From a virus: a stretch of DNA of 64,000 nucleotides. Both the position numbers and the translations under genes were made by a program. The first letter of the stretch is position 1; each line of letters begins with the position of its first letter. This document shows positions 27,129 through 39,300 of this stretch, piece after piece. A model generated the notes under the pieces. That model was given only the letters and a program-made list of their open reading frames with translations, searched no databases and had not been told where the DNA came from. The stretch spans positions 32,001 through 96,000 of the IMG/VR virus record IMGVR_UViG_3300033571_019687; one strand, written 5' to 3'.

Positions 27129-30100
27129 ATGAAACGTAAACTACAAGGTATCTCACAAGAGATAAAAAATCAGATATTAGCTTATAATCTACCATCACCA
27201 CCAGATGTTACCTCTGGTGTTATTTCTCAACTAGGATTGGAGATCTTTAGTGATTTAAGAGAAGATTTAGGTCGTGATATAGCTGAATTACTTAAAAATA
27301 ACAGAGTTACAGATTCTGGTAATTTAGTTAATATTGGTAATCAACTAAGAGATATTATTTTAAGCAAAAAATTGACACCTGATAGGGATCTTTTAAGAGA
27401 TCTTAGAAATGCTGGTGTGGATTTATATGACACCTTTAATGATCAAGGTAAAGAGATTATTTTAATAGATAATAAATCTAATGATCCCGGAAACGTTGAT
27501 GATATTGCTAAAGATGAAGTAAAAAGACACTTAGATAGAAATACTCTTAATAATGAAAATAGAGAAGAAGTGGGTGAATCACTTAATCTTAGTAATAACA
27601 AAGCTACAGATAATGGCGATTTAGTTAAATATAACGATAGTTTTAAAACAGAGAACCTTAGAAGAAATAAGGTTCTTGACCCAAATGACCCATCTGATTA
27701 CAACAGTTCATTTTTTTCGGATGAAATTAGAGATACTTTAGGTAAATTAGTTTTACTTAATGATTATAGTGTCCCTAATTTAACATCTATTAGTAACACA
27801 TCATTAATGACATCTGAACAACAGGCGGCCTTATTGTTACAATTAAACAATAGAATACCTGAACAGATAAACAAATTTGAACAAAATGTTGTTTCAAAAC
27901 TATTTGCTAATAGAAAAAGTGGCCCTTATGTGAATGGTACTATATTGGCCGATTATGAGCCAAATACTTACGTACCTAGTGATTTTCTTGATAGAGATAT
28001 TAGCGATAGTGCATTATTAACGCTATTAAATACTTATTCACAAGGTGATATTCAAAAAATTATAGACGGCGGTGATTTACCTTTCCCTAATGATACAGTG
28101 ATGGGTAATATTGCAGCATTAACCTATAAATTTCAATTTGAGAGTAGAATAAAGCAAGTTATTGAAAGAGCAACTATTGGTAGAACTAATCTGGATGAGG
28201 CTATGACTAATCCAGCAACAGCTATTAATATTTTAAAAGATCCTACCAATAATTTATTTGAAAAGGATTATGAAATTACAGTACCTGCAAATACTTTAGG
28301 TAAAGTTGGTGATTATATAGGTAGATTAATAGGTGTAACATCACCTGTAAACTTAGTTGAAAGCCCATTTGATACAAATTTAATAACATGTTTTCCTTCA
28401 TTAACAGAAAATAATGCACCGAAAACTGAACTAGAAGCTATTGTTCAAGATCTTACTGGATCACCACAAAAAAAGGATTATTCAACATGGATGCTTGCAA
28501 ATACAGGTACAGGACAAAAGTTTCAATTATTTACAAATGTATCATATAACAAGTATAGACCGAATTACGAGCCAGTATATACATCTGAATTAGCAAATCA
28601 GTTTGATGAATTTTTACAAAGAAATTCAGGGGTAACAGGATTCTTAGGACTATCATCAGGACCAAGACCAGAAGGTAATTCGTATCTTAATGAATTTTTA
28701 CCTAGTAATAGAGTATTATCTGATTTACAAGGTGATATTGTTAAAAGTGAATACGAGTTAATAAGATTGTTAACTCAAAATGGTATTAAATATGAATTAG
28801 ATTTAATAGATGCAGAAGATTTTATCTGGTACGGCAATTCTTATGAAACATATAGAGATCAAGATGGATTAAAGGATTATATACCTAATAGCGATCTATT
28901 TTTATCAAAATATAATAGAGATAGATATAGAGAATGTTCTATATTATTTAAAACTCAAAACTTAATTGATAAAGCGGCAAACAATGGATTAGCTTTAATG
29001 ATTGATCAAACAAAGAGTAAATTCTTTGATGGTAAATATGTTTATAGTAAAGGTAATGCAGTACTTAGACCAATAAAAAATGAAGTTAGAGATGAGACTG
29101 GTAAGCTAATAGGTTACAACTATGAAGTACCCGGTTTATCACAGATAATTGATCCTAATGGTAATAAAAAAGCCGTCGGTGAAAGAGATACTAATCAAAT
29201 TATATCAGAAGGTTTATTTTGTAGAACATGGACCAAGGCTAATAAATTTAGCAGAATTAATAATTTGGTTAGGTATAAGGGTTTATTAAGAAAAGAAAGA
29301 GGTTCTGTTATAGAAGACAATGCCAATTATTCTATTGTACCTACACCTTTAAATTCTAATACCAAAAAATACATGTTTTCTATTGAAAACTTGGCATATA
29401 AAGGTAGTACACAATATGATCAATTACCAGAATGTGAAAAAGGTAAAAATGGTGGAAGACTTATGTGGTTCCCACCTTATGATCTAACTTTTAATGAAAC
29501 ATCTAATGCATCATGGACAGAGTCTAGCTTTTTAGGTAGACCAGAATCAATTTATACATATAATAACTCTAGTAGAACAGGTAGTATTAACTTTAAATTA
29601 TTAGTTGATCATCCATCAATATTGAATGTATTAGTTAGAAAAGAACTTGATAAATTACCAGATACAGCAGTGGATGAAATTATTGATGCATTCTGGGCAG
29701 GATGTATTGAATATGATATATTTGAATTGGCTGCGTTATATAATCAAGTTACAATAGATGAATTAAACTACTTTAAAAAACTAATTGGTAGTATTAAAGG
29801 TAATATAACTAATCTTGATGCTAATAGACAAACAGTAAATGCGAGACCTAATGTTCAAATACCAATAGTAAATAATAATACGCCTATTGTATTTCCTTTA
29901 GTTGGGTATAATTTATTCTTTGAAAATGATGTACCTTTAGCTACAACAGATAATACATCAACATACAAAGATTTATATGATATTTATAAAGAACAAATCA
30001 CAAACCATAGTTATGATAAAACTATAAATGCTGAATATAAAAAGGGTAATAAAGGGTTAGTAAATGATATTAAATATTATGATACTTTAGGTGCTGGTGG

Positions 30101-33100
30101 TTATAATGTGTTTGAGACAGGTCAATTAGGTAACAATCCTAAGTTAAATGATATGGCTGGTCAATATACTGCATTAGAAACAGAACTTAAAAATATAAGT
30201 CCGGGTAATAATATTACCATAAAGGTTAAAACTTATGCAAGTCCGTTAGGTACACAAGAAAATAATAGATCTCTTGTTGGTAGAAGATTCATATCAATAG
30301 TTAAATGGTTAGTAAAAGATATATTTGCTGGACTTGAAGATAGTGCTGGGATTCAAATAGACCCAAATTCATTATCATATACATCGGTTAGTTCTTCATA
30401 TACTTTTTATAGAATATCATCTAATGGTGTTAAAGATACTATAAAAATAGAAAGTATAGAAGCTACTGCTAAAGACGCAGAGTCTACATATAGAGATATT
30501 AATGATTTAACTGTAAATGATTTGAGTACTATAACTTTTAATAATGTTAGCTATCCAGTTTTTTATGTTGAATCTGGTGGTGAAACTTATATGGGTGTTT
30601 TAGGTATATCTGATACAGTAAACGATGTTAAAGCTAGGGATATTCTTAAAACTAATTTTGCAAGTATTAGTGGTCAAACTCAAGGTATAGCAGGACCTGA
30701 GTTTATCGGTGCTCTCAATTCGTTAGGTCAAGATAGAGTTAAAGCAGATTATATTGTTGGGGTTACTTCAAAAGAGGCATCATTTGCTAGACGTGCTGAG
30801 ATTAGCGTTGAAATAACACAAAATCAATCACCAGATGATGTACAACTTGTTCAACCTACTTTAATTAATAATAAACCACCTCTTGAAACTAATTTTACAA
30901 AAAGAGAGATTGCCCAAAAGTTATTAAACTCATTAATAACTGAATGTGATTATTTTGATTATCTTGAAGAAACAAGTCCGGTTTATTTGAGTAAAATAAA
31001 AGATAAGATTAAGTATTTTACACCTGCATTTCATTCAATGACACCAGAAGGTTTAAATGCGAGATTAACATTTTTGCAACAATGTCTAAGACCGGGTGAA
31101 ACAATTAAAAATGCTGATGGTACAACATGTGATGCAAAAAATACTGCATTTGGTAGACCACCAGTATGTGTACTTAGAATAGGTGATTTTTACAACACAA
31201 AAATTATCATTGATAACATATCGTTTACACCAGAACCTTTAATATTGGATCTAAACCCAGAAGGTATAGGTGTTCAACCTATGATTGTTAATGTAAGCAT
31301 GTCTGTTAAGTTATTAGGCGGATCAGGTCTTAAAAATTATGTTGATCAATTACAAACAGCATTATCATTTGATTATTATGCTAATACTGAAATATATGAT
31401 CCAAGGTCTTTTGCTAATACTGATCTTGAATCAAGAAATGCTATTAATCAAGAAGTAAATCCATTAACTGGTCAATTAGATTTGGTTGAAATAACTAAGA
31501 CCATAGAAAATGTATTCTCAAATGCCCCTAGAATTGATTCTAACGGTGCCAAAGGTACAATAGGTAAGTTGGTTAGGAAAACCATAAGCAAGGGCTTAAA
31601 TGACATTTATGACGATAATACAGGTGAAGGAACAGAGTTTAAAGAAGACCCTATATTTGATTTGTGTTTAATAGAAAGTAATTATCAAAATAGTTCGTTT
31701 GATACAGTTGAATTATCATATAAACCAGTATATGATGATATGTATAGAGCGTATAGTAAAAATATTAGTGCTTTAATTAATCATTATGATTATACTGACG
31801 ATGATATGTATCCGTTAAAATCACTTTTTAATAGATATTATAGTACAGATATTATTAGTGGTGATAATGTAGACACAAGTGCAAGTTATTTTGATAATGA
31901 AAAAGGTTATAAAAAAACCAATATCATTTTTAATGAGTTATTAAGAGATAGAACAGGTAATAAATTGAATGTAAACAGTACGGATATATACCCTAATTTA
32001 TATCCTGTATATGATATGTTTGAATTACCTAAAAACGGTGTTATAAATGATTTAACAGTAGTTAATGCAAATAACGGCATATTGGATTCTGATTATGAAA
32101 CTACACCTATAAAGTATTTTGATGATAATGTTAAGACTAGATATAATCAATTATCAAATTTGATATTTGATACTATGACTGATAAGTTAAATACGGATCT
32201 GCATGCAATGTTTTTGTATAACACACCAAATAATAATGTCTATGAAAGGTATTTTACTACATTTGATAAGAAATACAAAAACAAATTAAGATCATTGCTT
32301 ATAAATGAATTTAATAAGTATAGAGATAACTTTTTAAGTCGTCAAAATATTGGTATAAATGGTGTTAATACATCAGCACAACAATTTGGAAAAGCTTTAT
32401 ATAGTTTAGTACCAGTATTAGAAGGTTTTGATGCTGAATATCAGGTTGATAATAATTCATTATCAATATATGAGATATTACCAAATCAAAAAAGACTGAG
32501 TGCTGATGGCAAATCTTATTTTGGTTATTCACCATTCCATAGTGTTTTAATGCCTAATGGTGATGTTGTTGATTTTAAAACATTGAGTAGTGGATGGCTT
32601 AGTGCATATACAGGTACTACTGGTAATGTCGAATTTTTGATAAATCAGTTAACACAAAATTCATCAGAAGGGTTACCGCAAGCAGATTTCATTGGTAATA
32701 ATACTAGTGAAATTTATCAAATACCTACAGCTTATGGTTATGTATGTAATGATATACTTAATTCTTATGATAATGATAGATTCAACGATTATATGACAGA
32801 GGTATATGGTACAAAAAAATATGAACCTGTATACACATTTGAAAAACTATCGATGGAATTTTTTGAGTTTAGTAATAAAATGGCTGGGTTTAGTTTTAGT
32901 GATATAGTTAACTTTGATTCATATAATATAGAATTAGGTTTAAACAAGTCGTTTAATTTTAATACATTCTATGTTCAATCTTCTGGTGATACTTCACTCA
33001 AAAAAGAATCATTAAAAGTGGTATTAGATACAGATCATGATTTTGATGATATACCATATATGATATTAACTGGTAGTACATTATTAGCAGGTATAGACGA

Positions 33101-33695
33101 TTTATCTGGTAAATTAGGAGGTTATTTTAATTACGGTTCTTTTAATTGTGATACAACAAATATTGTTGGGTTAGATAACAATGTTAAAACAAATATTGAT
33201 ACACTTAAAAATAACAATCAAAGTACTTTTATTTCTTTGGTACCTGAATATTTGTTATTAGGATTTATCAAAACATTATTAGATAAACAATCTACTATAG
33301 TCAGTGAAATGGAAGCGTTTATTGATAGCAATAAGCCATTAAGAAATAATGTTGTTGATCAAAACAAAATTGCATCTATGAAAACTATTTTAGGTTTGTT
33401 GTTTAAGAACTTATCTAAATTTTATGGTGACGTATCTAGTTATAATAAGACATACAGTACACAGTATAAAAATGCTGTTTTAAGTAATGTTAAATCATTT
33501 ACAACAAATGTATTAGCAAATCAGTTACCTAACAATAGTGTTACAACTGTTAGCAATCCAGACACAACAAATATTGAAGGTAGAATATTCAATGCGTTAG
33601 GTAAAGGTACAGATAATGATTATACACTTTTATTGAGACAATCAAGTAAACCTTGGACTAGAGCAATACAAGTGGCAGTTGATTTAACCAAATAA
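27129..33695 (+). CDS. Giant baseplate / tube-initiator protein (two gp48/gp54-like segments and an OmpA-like segment)
   Basis: WFPPYDLTF...FLGRPESIYTY...GSINFKLLVDHPS and PPVCVLRIGDFYNTKIII...NVSMSVKLLGG; after the tape measure. Confidence 0.6.
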   Translation: MKRKLQGISQEIKNQILAYNLPSPPDVTSGVISQLGLEIFSDLREDLGRDIAELLKNNRVTDSGNLVNIGNQLRDIILSKKLTPDRDLLRDLRNAGVDLYDTFNDQGKEIILIDNKSNDPGNVDDIAKDEVKRHLDRNTLNNENREEVGESLNLSNNKATDNGDLVKYNDSFKTENLRRNKVLDPNDPSDYNSSFFSDEIRDTLGKLVLLNDYSVPNLTSISNTSLMTSEQQAALLLQLNNRIPEQINKFEQNVVSKLFANRKSGPYVNGTILADYEPNTYVPSDFLDRDISDSALLTLLNTYSQGDIQKIIDGGDLPFPNDTVMGNIAALTYKFQFESRIKQVIERATIGRTNLDEAMTNPATAINILKDPTNNLFEKDYEITVPANTLGKVGDYIGRLIGVTSPVNLVESPFDTNLITCFPSLTENNAPKTELEAIVQDLTGSPQKKDYSTWMLANTGTGQKFQLFTNVSYNKYRPNYEPVYTSELANQFDEFLQRNSGVTGFLGLSSGPRPEGNSYLNEFLPSNRVLSDLQGDIVKSEYELIRLLTQNGIKYELDLIDAEDFIWYGNSYETYRDQDGLKDYIPNSDLFLSKYNRDRYRECSILFKTQNLIDKAANNGLALMIDQTKSKFFDGKYVYSKGNAVLRPIKNEVRDETGKLIGYNYEVPGLSQIIDPNGNKKAVGERDTNQIISEGLFCRTWTKANKFSRINNLVRYKGLLRKERGSVIEDNANYSIVPTPLNSNTKKYMFSIENLAYKGSTQYDQLPECEKGKNGGRLMWFPPYDLTFNETSNASWTESSFLGRPESIYTYNNSSRTGSINFKLLVDHPSILNVLVRKELDKLPDTAVDEIIDAFWAGCIEYDIFELAALYNQVTIDELNYFKKLIGSIKGNITNLDANRQTVNARPNVQIPIVNNNTPIVFPLVGYNLFFENDVPLATTDNTSTYKDLYDIYKEQITNHSYDKTINAEYKKGNKGLVNDIKYYDTLGAGGYNVFETGQLGNNPKLNDMAGQYTALETELKNISPGNNITIKVKTYASPLGTQENNRSLVGRRFISIVKWLVKDIFAGLEDSAGIQIDPNSLSYTSVSSSYTFYRISSNGVKDTIKIESIEATAKDAESTYRDINDLTVNDLSTITFNNVSYPVFYVESGGETYMGVLGISDTVNDVKARDILKTNFASISGQTQGIAGPEFIGALNSLGQDRVKADYIVGVTSKEASFARRAEISVEITQNQSPDDVQLVQPTLINNKPPLETNFTKREIAQKLLNSLITECDYFDYLEETSPVYLSKIKDKIKYFTPAFHSMTPEGLNARLTFLQQCLRPGETIKNADGTTCDAKNTAFGRPPVCVLRIGDFYNTKIIIDNISFTPEPLILDLNPEGIGVQPMIVNVSMSVKLLGGSGLKNYVDQLQTALSFDYYANTEIYDPRSFANTDLESRNAINQEVNPLTGQLDLVEITKTIENVFSNAPRIDSNGAKGTIGKLVRKTISKGLNDIYDDNTGEGTEFKEDPIFDLCLIESNYQNSSFDTVELSYKPVYDDMYRAYSKNISALINHYDYTDDDMYPLKSLFNRYYSTDIISGDNVDTSASYFDNEKGYKKTNIIFNELLRDRTGNKLNVNSTDIYPNLYPVYDMFELPKNGVINDLTVVNANNGILDSDYETTPIKYFDDNVKTRYNQLSNLIFDTMTDKLNTDLHAMFLYNTPNNNVYERYFTTFDKKYKNKLRSLLINEFNKYRDNFLSRQNIGINGVNTSAQQFGKALYSLVPVLEGFDAEYQVDNNSLSIYEILPNQKRLSADGKSYFGYSPFHSVLMPNGDVVDFKTLSSGWLSAYTGTTGNVEFLINQLTQNSSEGLPQADFIGNNTSEIYQIPTAYGYVCNDILNSYDNDRFNDYMTEVYGTKKYEPVYTFEKLSMEFFEFSNKMAGFSFSDIVNFDSYNIELGLNKSFNFNTFYVQSSGDTSLKKESLKVVLDTDHDFDDIPYMILTGSTLLAGIDDLSGKLGGYFNYGSFNCDTTNIVGLDNNVKTNIDTLKNNNQSTFISLVPEYLLLGFIKTLLDKQSTIVSEMEAFIDSNKPLRNNVVDQNKIASMKTILGLLFKNLSKFYGDVSSYNKTYSTQYKNAVLSNVKSFTTNVLANQLPNNSVTTVSNPDTTNIEGRIFNALGKGTDNDYTLLLRQSSKPWTRAIQVAVDLTK

Positions 33696-33699
33696 AGAT

Positions 33700-34023
33700 A
33701 TGAACTATACATATTACAACAGATATAAGGGCATGATAAATGATAATACTTTCAATATTATGCCAAATATAAAATTAACTGATAAAGTTAGCGATAAATT
33801 TGTTATATTTGACCCGGTTAAGAATAGACTTGATAAATTGAGTCAAGAATATTATAATACACCATATTTTGGTTGGTTAATTATGTTAGCTAATCCAGAA
33901 TATGATTATGAGTATGATATACCATCCGGTGTTGTTATTAGGGTACCATATCCTCTTAATGATACATTGAATGATTATCAGGCTAAATTAAGTGAGTATA
34001 AGAGACAATATGTTAACAACTAA
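33700..34023 (+). CDS. LysM-like baseplate wedge protein (T4 gp53 / P2 gpX-like)
   Basis: RLDKLSQEYYNTPYFGWLIMLANP...IPSGVVIRVP. Confidence 0.75.
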   Translation: MNYTYYNRYKGMINDNTFNIMPNIKLTDKVSDKFVIFDPVKNRLDKLSQEYYNTPYFGWLIMLANPEYDYEYDIPSGVVIRVPYPLNDTLNDYQAKLSEYKRQYVNN

Positions 34024-36358
34024 TAATGATATTTTATCTGTTGTAAAAAATAACCTTTTAGTTATTGACCCAAATAAGGTTATTGATAACTATAATAAGG
34101 TTGCGGATAGATATGTAAAACAGGAGGATCTAATAATGTATGCAAACCTTAAGGCTGTTATAAAACAACAGACCGGGGTTTATGTTGGTCCAAATGGTAG
34201 TGTAGAAAAACAGAACAATACTGATAAAGAGATCAATCTAGGTGAAGTTAGATTTAATCTATTAAATCCACAAGATAAAAATACAAATGGTCAATATGAG
34301 TTTAAGAATGTTTTAACCAATCAATACTTAGATTATGAAGGTAAAGGGTACTCGGACACATTTGGTATTCAATCAATAAGTATTAATCAAAATGCTTCAT
34401 TGGTATCTCAAGTTAGCATTACTTTTGTTGATGTTCAAGGTAGGACATTAATGGAACGTGGTAATGAAGAAAATAACCCATATAATTTATTTTATACATT
34501 TCCTTATCCACAATTTATATTAACAGTTAAGGGTTATTATGGTATGACTGTTGACTACCCTTTATATCTATTGAAGACTAATAATACTTTTGATTCTAGT
34601 ACAGGAAATTATACAGTTACATGTGAATTTCTATCAAGAACTTATGGTGTTTTTAATAGCTTTTATAGTATATATGGGTTAATTGCACCATATCTAATTA
34701 AATTAGATACCGGAGAATATTTGGGTAGTAATTTATTAAAAAGGTTATATGAACTCCAAAATGCTGATATTGCATCAAAATATGTAAATCAACCTGACAT
34801 GATAAGAGCATTAACAATTGAAGGTGCTCCAACCATGATTGATTTATATACTGCAATAGATTCGTTAACTGAAAGCGGATTTGGTACTAATGTTAATAGT
34901 CTAAGTATTAAGACAACTATTGATACTATTAATAACTCTAAGATTAGGTTAGAAAATTCTAGGTTTATTATAGGTAACGCTTTTAACAATAAGAACAATT
35001 CTTTAATTGATAACGAGCTAAAAGCTATTGTTACAACATTACAAAATTTATCTCCTATATTACCGGCAATAGATAATGATATTAAGTTATATTCTTCATA
35101 TACACAATCTATTTTCAATAAAAATATAGAAGACACTATAACAAAAATTAATAAGGAATTATCAATACTCAACGAAAAACTTGTTAATGAGCAAGTGTCA
35201 GACATAAAAAACAAATTGGGTTTTGAGCCTAGCATAAGAAATATCACAAGAGTATTATTAAACTCTATGGAGGTATTCTTATATTTACTGTCAGAGGTAT
35301 CATTTGCTGCAAAATCACAGTTGTTTTATGATGGTAATAGAAGGGATATACACATTAATACTATTAAGCAATATGCTTTTGATACTATTAATGGTAAGAA
35401 CTTATACCCATTCCCAAATTATTATAAAGATAATAATGGTACACCTTCTAAAATATATCCCGGAGAAGATCAAAGAAATGTTAAATGGGCTGAGGTATAT
35501 TTTATTGATGAAATATATAGATCAATACAAGTTATAAAAGATAGAATTAGCCCCGAAATGGCTGATCAACTTGGTATCTCTCAAATATTAACAGGCCATT
35601 TAGATCCTAATAAAGCACCAAAGGATAAATTCATATCAAACAATGAAGAGGATATTTTGGCCGAAATAATACTTGATATGTATATTTACTTTACTTCAAA
35701 GGGTTACTCATTATTAGAAAATAACCTTAATGATGATGTTTTAGACAATATTGCACAAAGTTTTATTGATTTTCAAATACAGTTATTAGAATATAAAATA
35801 GATAAGTCTGATAAAAATGCTATATATTCTACTATCAGTAAGATGATTGACATTATTAATAGACCTAATTCAAATGGTGACGCATTAACTTCTATAAAAG
35901 AATATTTTTCAGTTAAAGTCGGTGATAAAATGCCTAGTATAGTAAAAGAATTTAGAGATGTATTTAGTAAATCAACTGATTATATTCAACAAAGAACTGA
36001 ATTAAATAAAATATATGTTAAGTATAATTTAACTGGTAATGATTTATACTCTAAACTGTTAAACATAAGTTTTGATTTTAAAAATAAGATTGAAAGTTAT
36101 GCTAATCTTAATAATTTAGTAGATAGTGTTAACTATAATAAACCGGATATTAGTAAATCAATAAATGGTGTTATAAAAGATATCATACAACTAGATATAA
36201 GTGACGGTATATTAAATCAGCAAATATTTAATATTGCGAATAGCGGAGTTTTTATACCCACAACTCATAATTTATCAGAAAATAATATAACTTATAAAGC
36301 ATTATTTGTTGAAGATGCTTTTAAAGGTTTAAGTAATTATACTAGTTTAATTAAGTAA
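33992..36358 (+). CDS. Baseplate hub, N-terminal part (gp27/VgrG-like; probable start ATG 34010)
   Basis: GIQSISI...VSITFVDVQGRTL...FILTVKGYYG...GNYTVTCEF hub-like beta-barrel pattern. Confidence 0.5.
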   Translation: MSIRDNMLTTNNDILSVVKNNLLVIDPNKVIDNYNKVADRYVKQEDLIMYANLKAVIKQQTGVYVGPNGSVEKQNNTDKEINLGEVRFNLLNPQDKNTNGQYEFKNVLTNQYLDYEGKGYSDTFGIQSISINQNASLVSQVSITFVDVQGRTLMERGNEENNPYNLFYTFPYPQFILTVKGYYGMTVDYPLYLLKTNNTFDSSTGNYTVTCEFLSRTYGVFNSFYSIYGLIAPYLIKLDTGEYLGSNLLKRLYELQNADIASKYVNQPDMIRALTIEGAPTMIDLYTAIDSLTESGFGTNVNSLSIKTTIDTINNSKIRLENSRFIIGNAFNNKNNSLIDNELKAIVTTLQNLSPILPAIDNDIKLYSSYTQSIFNKNIEDTITKINKELSILNEKLVNEQVSDIKNKLGFEPSIRNITRVLLNSMEVFLYLLSEVSFAAKSQLFYDGNRRDIHINTIKQYAFDTINGKNLYPFPNYYKDNNGTPSKIYPGEDQRNVKWAEVYFIDEIYRSIQVIKDRISPEMADQLGISQILTGHLDPNKAPKDKFISNNEEDILAEIILDMYIYFTSKGYSLLENNLNDDVLDNIAQSFIDFQIQLLEYKIDKSDKNAIYSTISKMIDIINRPNSNGDALTSIKEYFSVKVGDKMPSIVKEFRDVFSKSTDYIQQRTELNKIYVKYNLTGNDLYSKLLNISFDFKNKIESYANLNNLVDSVNYNKPDISKSINGVIKDIIQLDISDGILNQQIFNIANSGVFIPTTHNLSENNITYKALFVEDAFKGLSNYTSLIK

Positions 36359-39300
36359 TGCTAACACATAGTGAATTTATAAAAAGTATTAGTCCTATAT
36401 TTGAAAATTTTATTCTATTAGATGATGATGTCATAGATAGAAGCAGTGAAAGTGTTTCACATAGAGAAAAACTTTATTTGGGTGAGACTAATAATAATTC
36501 ATTAAATAACTCTTTTTCATACAAAGGGGTAAAAAAAGTGTTACCTTATATTTTACCGGAAGCTACTATTAACTTTAATGACCAAGAGTTTGTTAAAATG
36601 TTTTTAAGTAATACCGGCTATATTAAAATACCTCTTTCTTTAGCGTTAAAATTAAAACTCGCATTTGATACTTTAACTGACAGAGTATTAACCGATGATA
36701 CTACAGAATTTAGGCTTTCATCAAAAACACTTGAAGAATTATTAACAGAAAATGTTGATAAAGATGAGATAAATAGGTTATTAAATGATATTAGAGTATC
36801 AAGCAACTCAGATGTTTCATTACCTAATATAGCTATAGATTTTGCCAAAGAGAATTTATATGAAGACATTACACTATCAGCTTTAAGAAAGTTATTGGTT
36901 AAAATACCAAATTTTGATGCCGAAAGTATTAATATATATGCAGAGAAATTATATGGTGCTTATGTTTTGGGAGGATATAGTTATAAATTCATACAGAATT
37001 ACTCTACTTTTATTAAAGATTTTAATGATAGATTAACATTACTATATGCTAACTCTAGCAGGGATAAATTATTAAGTCATAAAGATTCTAATTTACAAAG
37101 CGTATTTATTATGTATTGTAAATTAAAGGCTGATTATATTCAAGGTAATATATCAGATTCTGAATATAATCAAATAATAGATGAATTAAACAATAATAAA
37201 TGCAATGATAGTGCATTAAGTAATTACCCAAAAATTATATGGTATATTACTAATTATTTACTTGAACCAAATAAAACACAAAAGACACCTAGAAGTCAAC
37301 TAAATAGACCAGTTTCTACAACAGATGCTAGAGTGTTTCTTAATAAACATTGGGAATATAAAAAGAGGTTATATACCGAAGAACTTTTTGATACTAAAAA
37401 GTGGAATATAGATCAAACCGGTAATATATTATTATTACCATCATTTGGTGGTATAAACTTAAATATAAGCAGCATATTGCCTAATATTACTACTAATACT
37501 CCAACAGTATATTCAAAATTTTTATGGTTTGATAATCTTGCAAATGATAAACCAAGTATATCAATATCAAGGGGTGAGTTAAAGAATATATCAAACACTA
37601 AAGTAGCGTCTGGAAAAATTACAACAGACTTGTTGTTAACTAAACTTAATTTACTTGATACCATTTCTAATTTTAATTATACCGAATATACATTAACAGT
37701 TGATAAAATATTATCATTGATAATGACAGTTGGTTATGATGATATAGAAGAAATTATAACACCTATAGGTACTATAAGTTATACGAAAGATGATTTATTT
37801 TCCATCATAGTTGCTAATGAGAGTAATTATGCTGAATACATGCGTGTATATAAGTTAGGGAGATTAATCAATGTCAGCCTAGCATCAGCACAAAATAATA
37901 GGTATAACAAAGTAATTCAAGAATACATATCTCAGTTTATTATTGTAAGAAATGACGAATTTATAGATTTAGATAATGACTTTTATAAATTACCATTTTT
38001 ACCAAATATTTTGTATAATGTTTCAAATGATACAGAATTTGCGACTAGTTTAATTGGGACATTTGATATGAACGGCATTAATGTTAACTTATTTGATAAG
38101 TTAAAAGAACAGTCACCTTATGTCAATGATATTACTTTAAGTGGTATTAGGGATAGTAAAATGATACCTTATACTCTATCAACTGGTAGTAGATTTAACA
38201 GTAATTCTATATCATTTAATTATATTACTCAATTAGAATCTGATAAAATTGCTGCTAGAAACAATTTGATTAATAATCATATAATTAATACACATAAGTT
38301 AATTCGTTATTCGTTAAATAAACTTAAGTTAAAACTATTACAGTACACAAATTCTAATAGCGAATCGTTTATTTTAGGTAATAATTCAAATAATGATATT
38401 GTTAAATTTAAAGCTGATACCTATTATAATTTAAAAGATATACATGATAGATATATATCTTTTGGTTTGGATAGTGAGCGTACATATTTGAAACTTGGTG
38501 ATAATATACCTATTAATACCAATGTTGATGACATATTATCTAGGGATTTGTTTTATGCATTTAATTTAGACGCTTACTGTAATACAAATATTGGTGGTGT
38601 TAAAAAGAGCGGGTTCTTTTACAATACATTAAAAATAGTAGATAAAGGTAACAACGACATTGGTCATAAAATGTATGTGGATTTGGTAGATTTAAAATCA
38701 ATACTTAATATTAAGGTTGATAATACATTTAATGTTGAGACATTAACTAAAACAACGTATTTTGGATTATTATCTAATATAGCCAAGAATAATAAATTTT
38801 TAATGCACACCATTTCAACCTATGCTAATTTTACATCGGCAATAGGGAATGAAACTCCGCAAGAATATGCAAATAAGTTATTTGGTCAACATACTACATT
38901 AGCAAGGATTGATAATACACCATCTTTGGTATTTCAATTAGCTTCATTAACATCTGAATCTAATAGTAACATATTATATAATCCGATGAATACGTTTTGT
39001 ATGGATATTGATACAACAGATAATGTAATTAAAGTAATTGATGATCCAAAAGGTAAAATACCGACAGATATATTAGATGGGGATGGTTATGTATCATCTT
39101 TTATTGTTGATTTTGCCAATAAAAACCAAAGTATGTTTAAAAACATAACAGTCAGTACGTCAGAATTTACAAACACAGAGGAATCTATAAAATCATTTGT
39201 GAATATGGTGAGTAATACTGCTGAAACCAAGGCAATTGTTTCTAGTAATAACTTATTTAATATCATTCAAAGTAGATCATATACAGCACAGGTTACGTCT

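Noticed and set aside
36340-36360. -1 frameshift joining the two hub ORFs
   Set aside because: No X XXY YYZ heptamer, and the downstream frame has TAA at 36352-36354; simple TAATG coupling explains the junction
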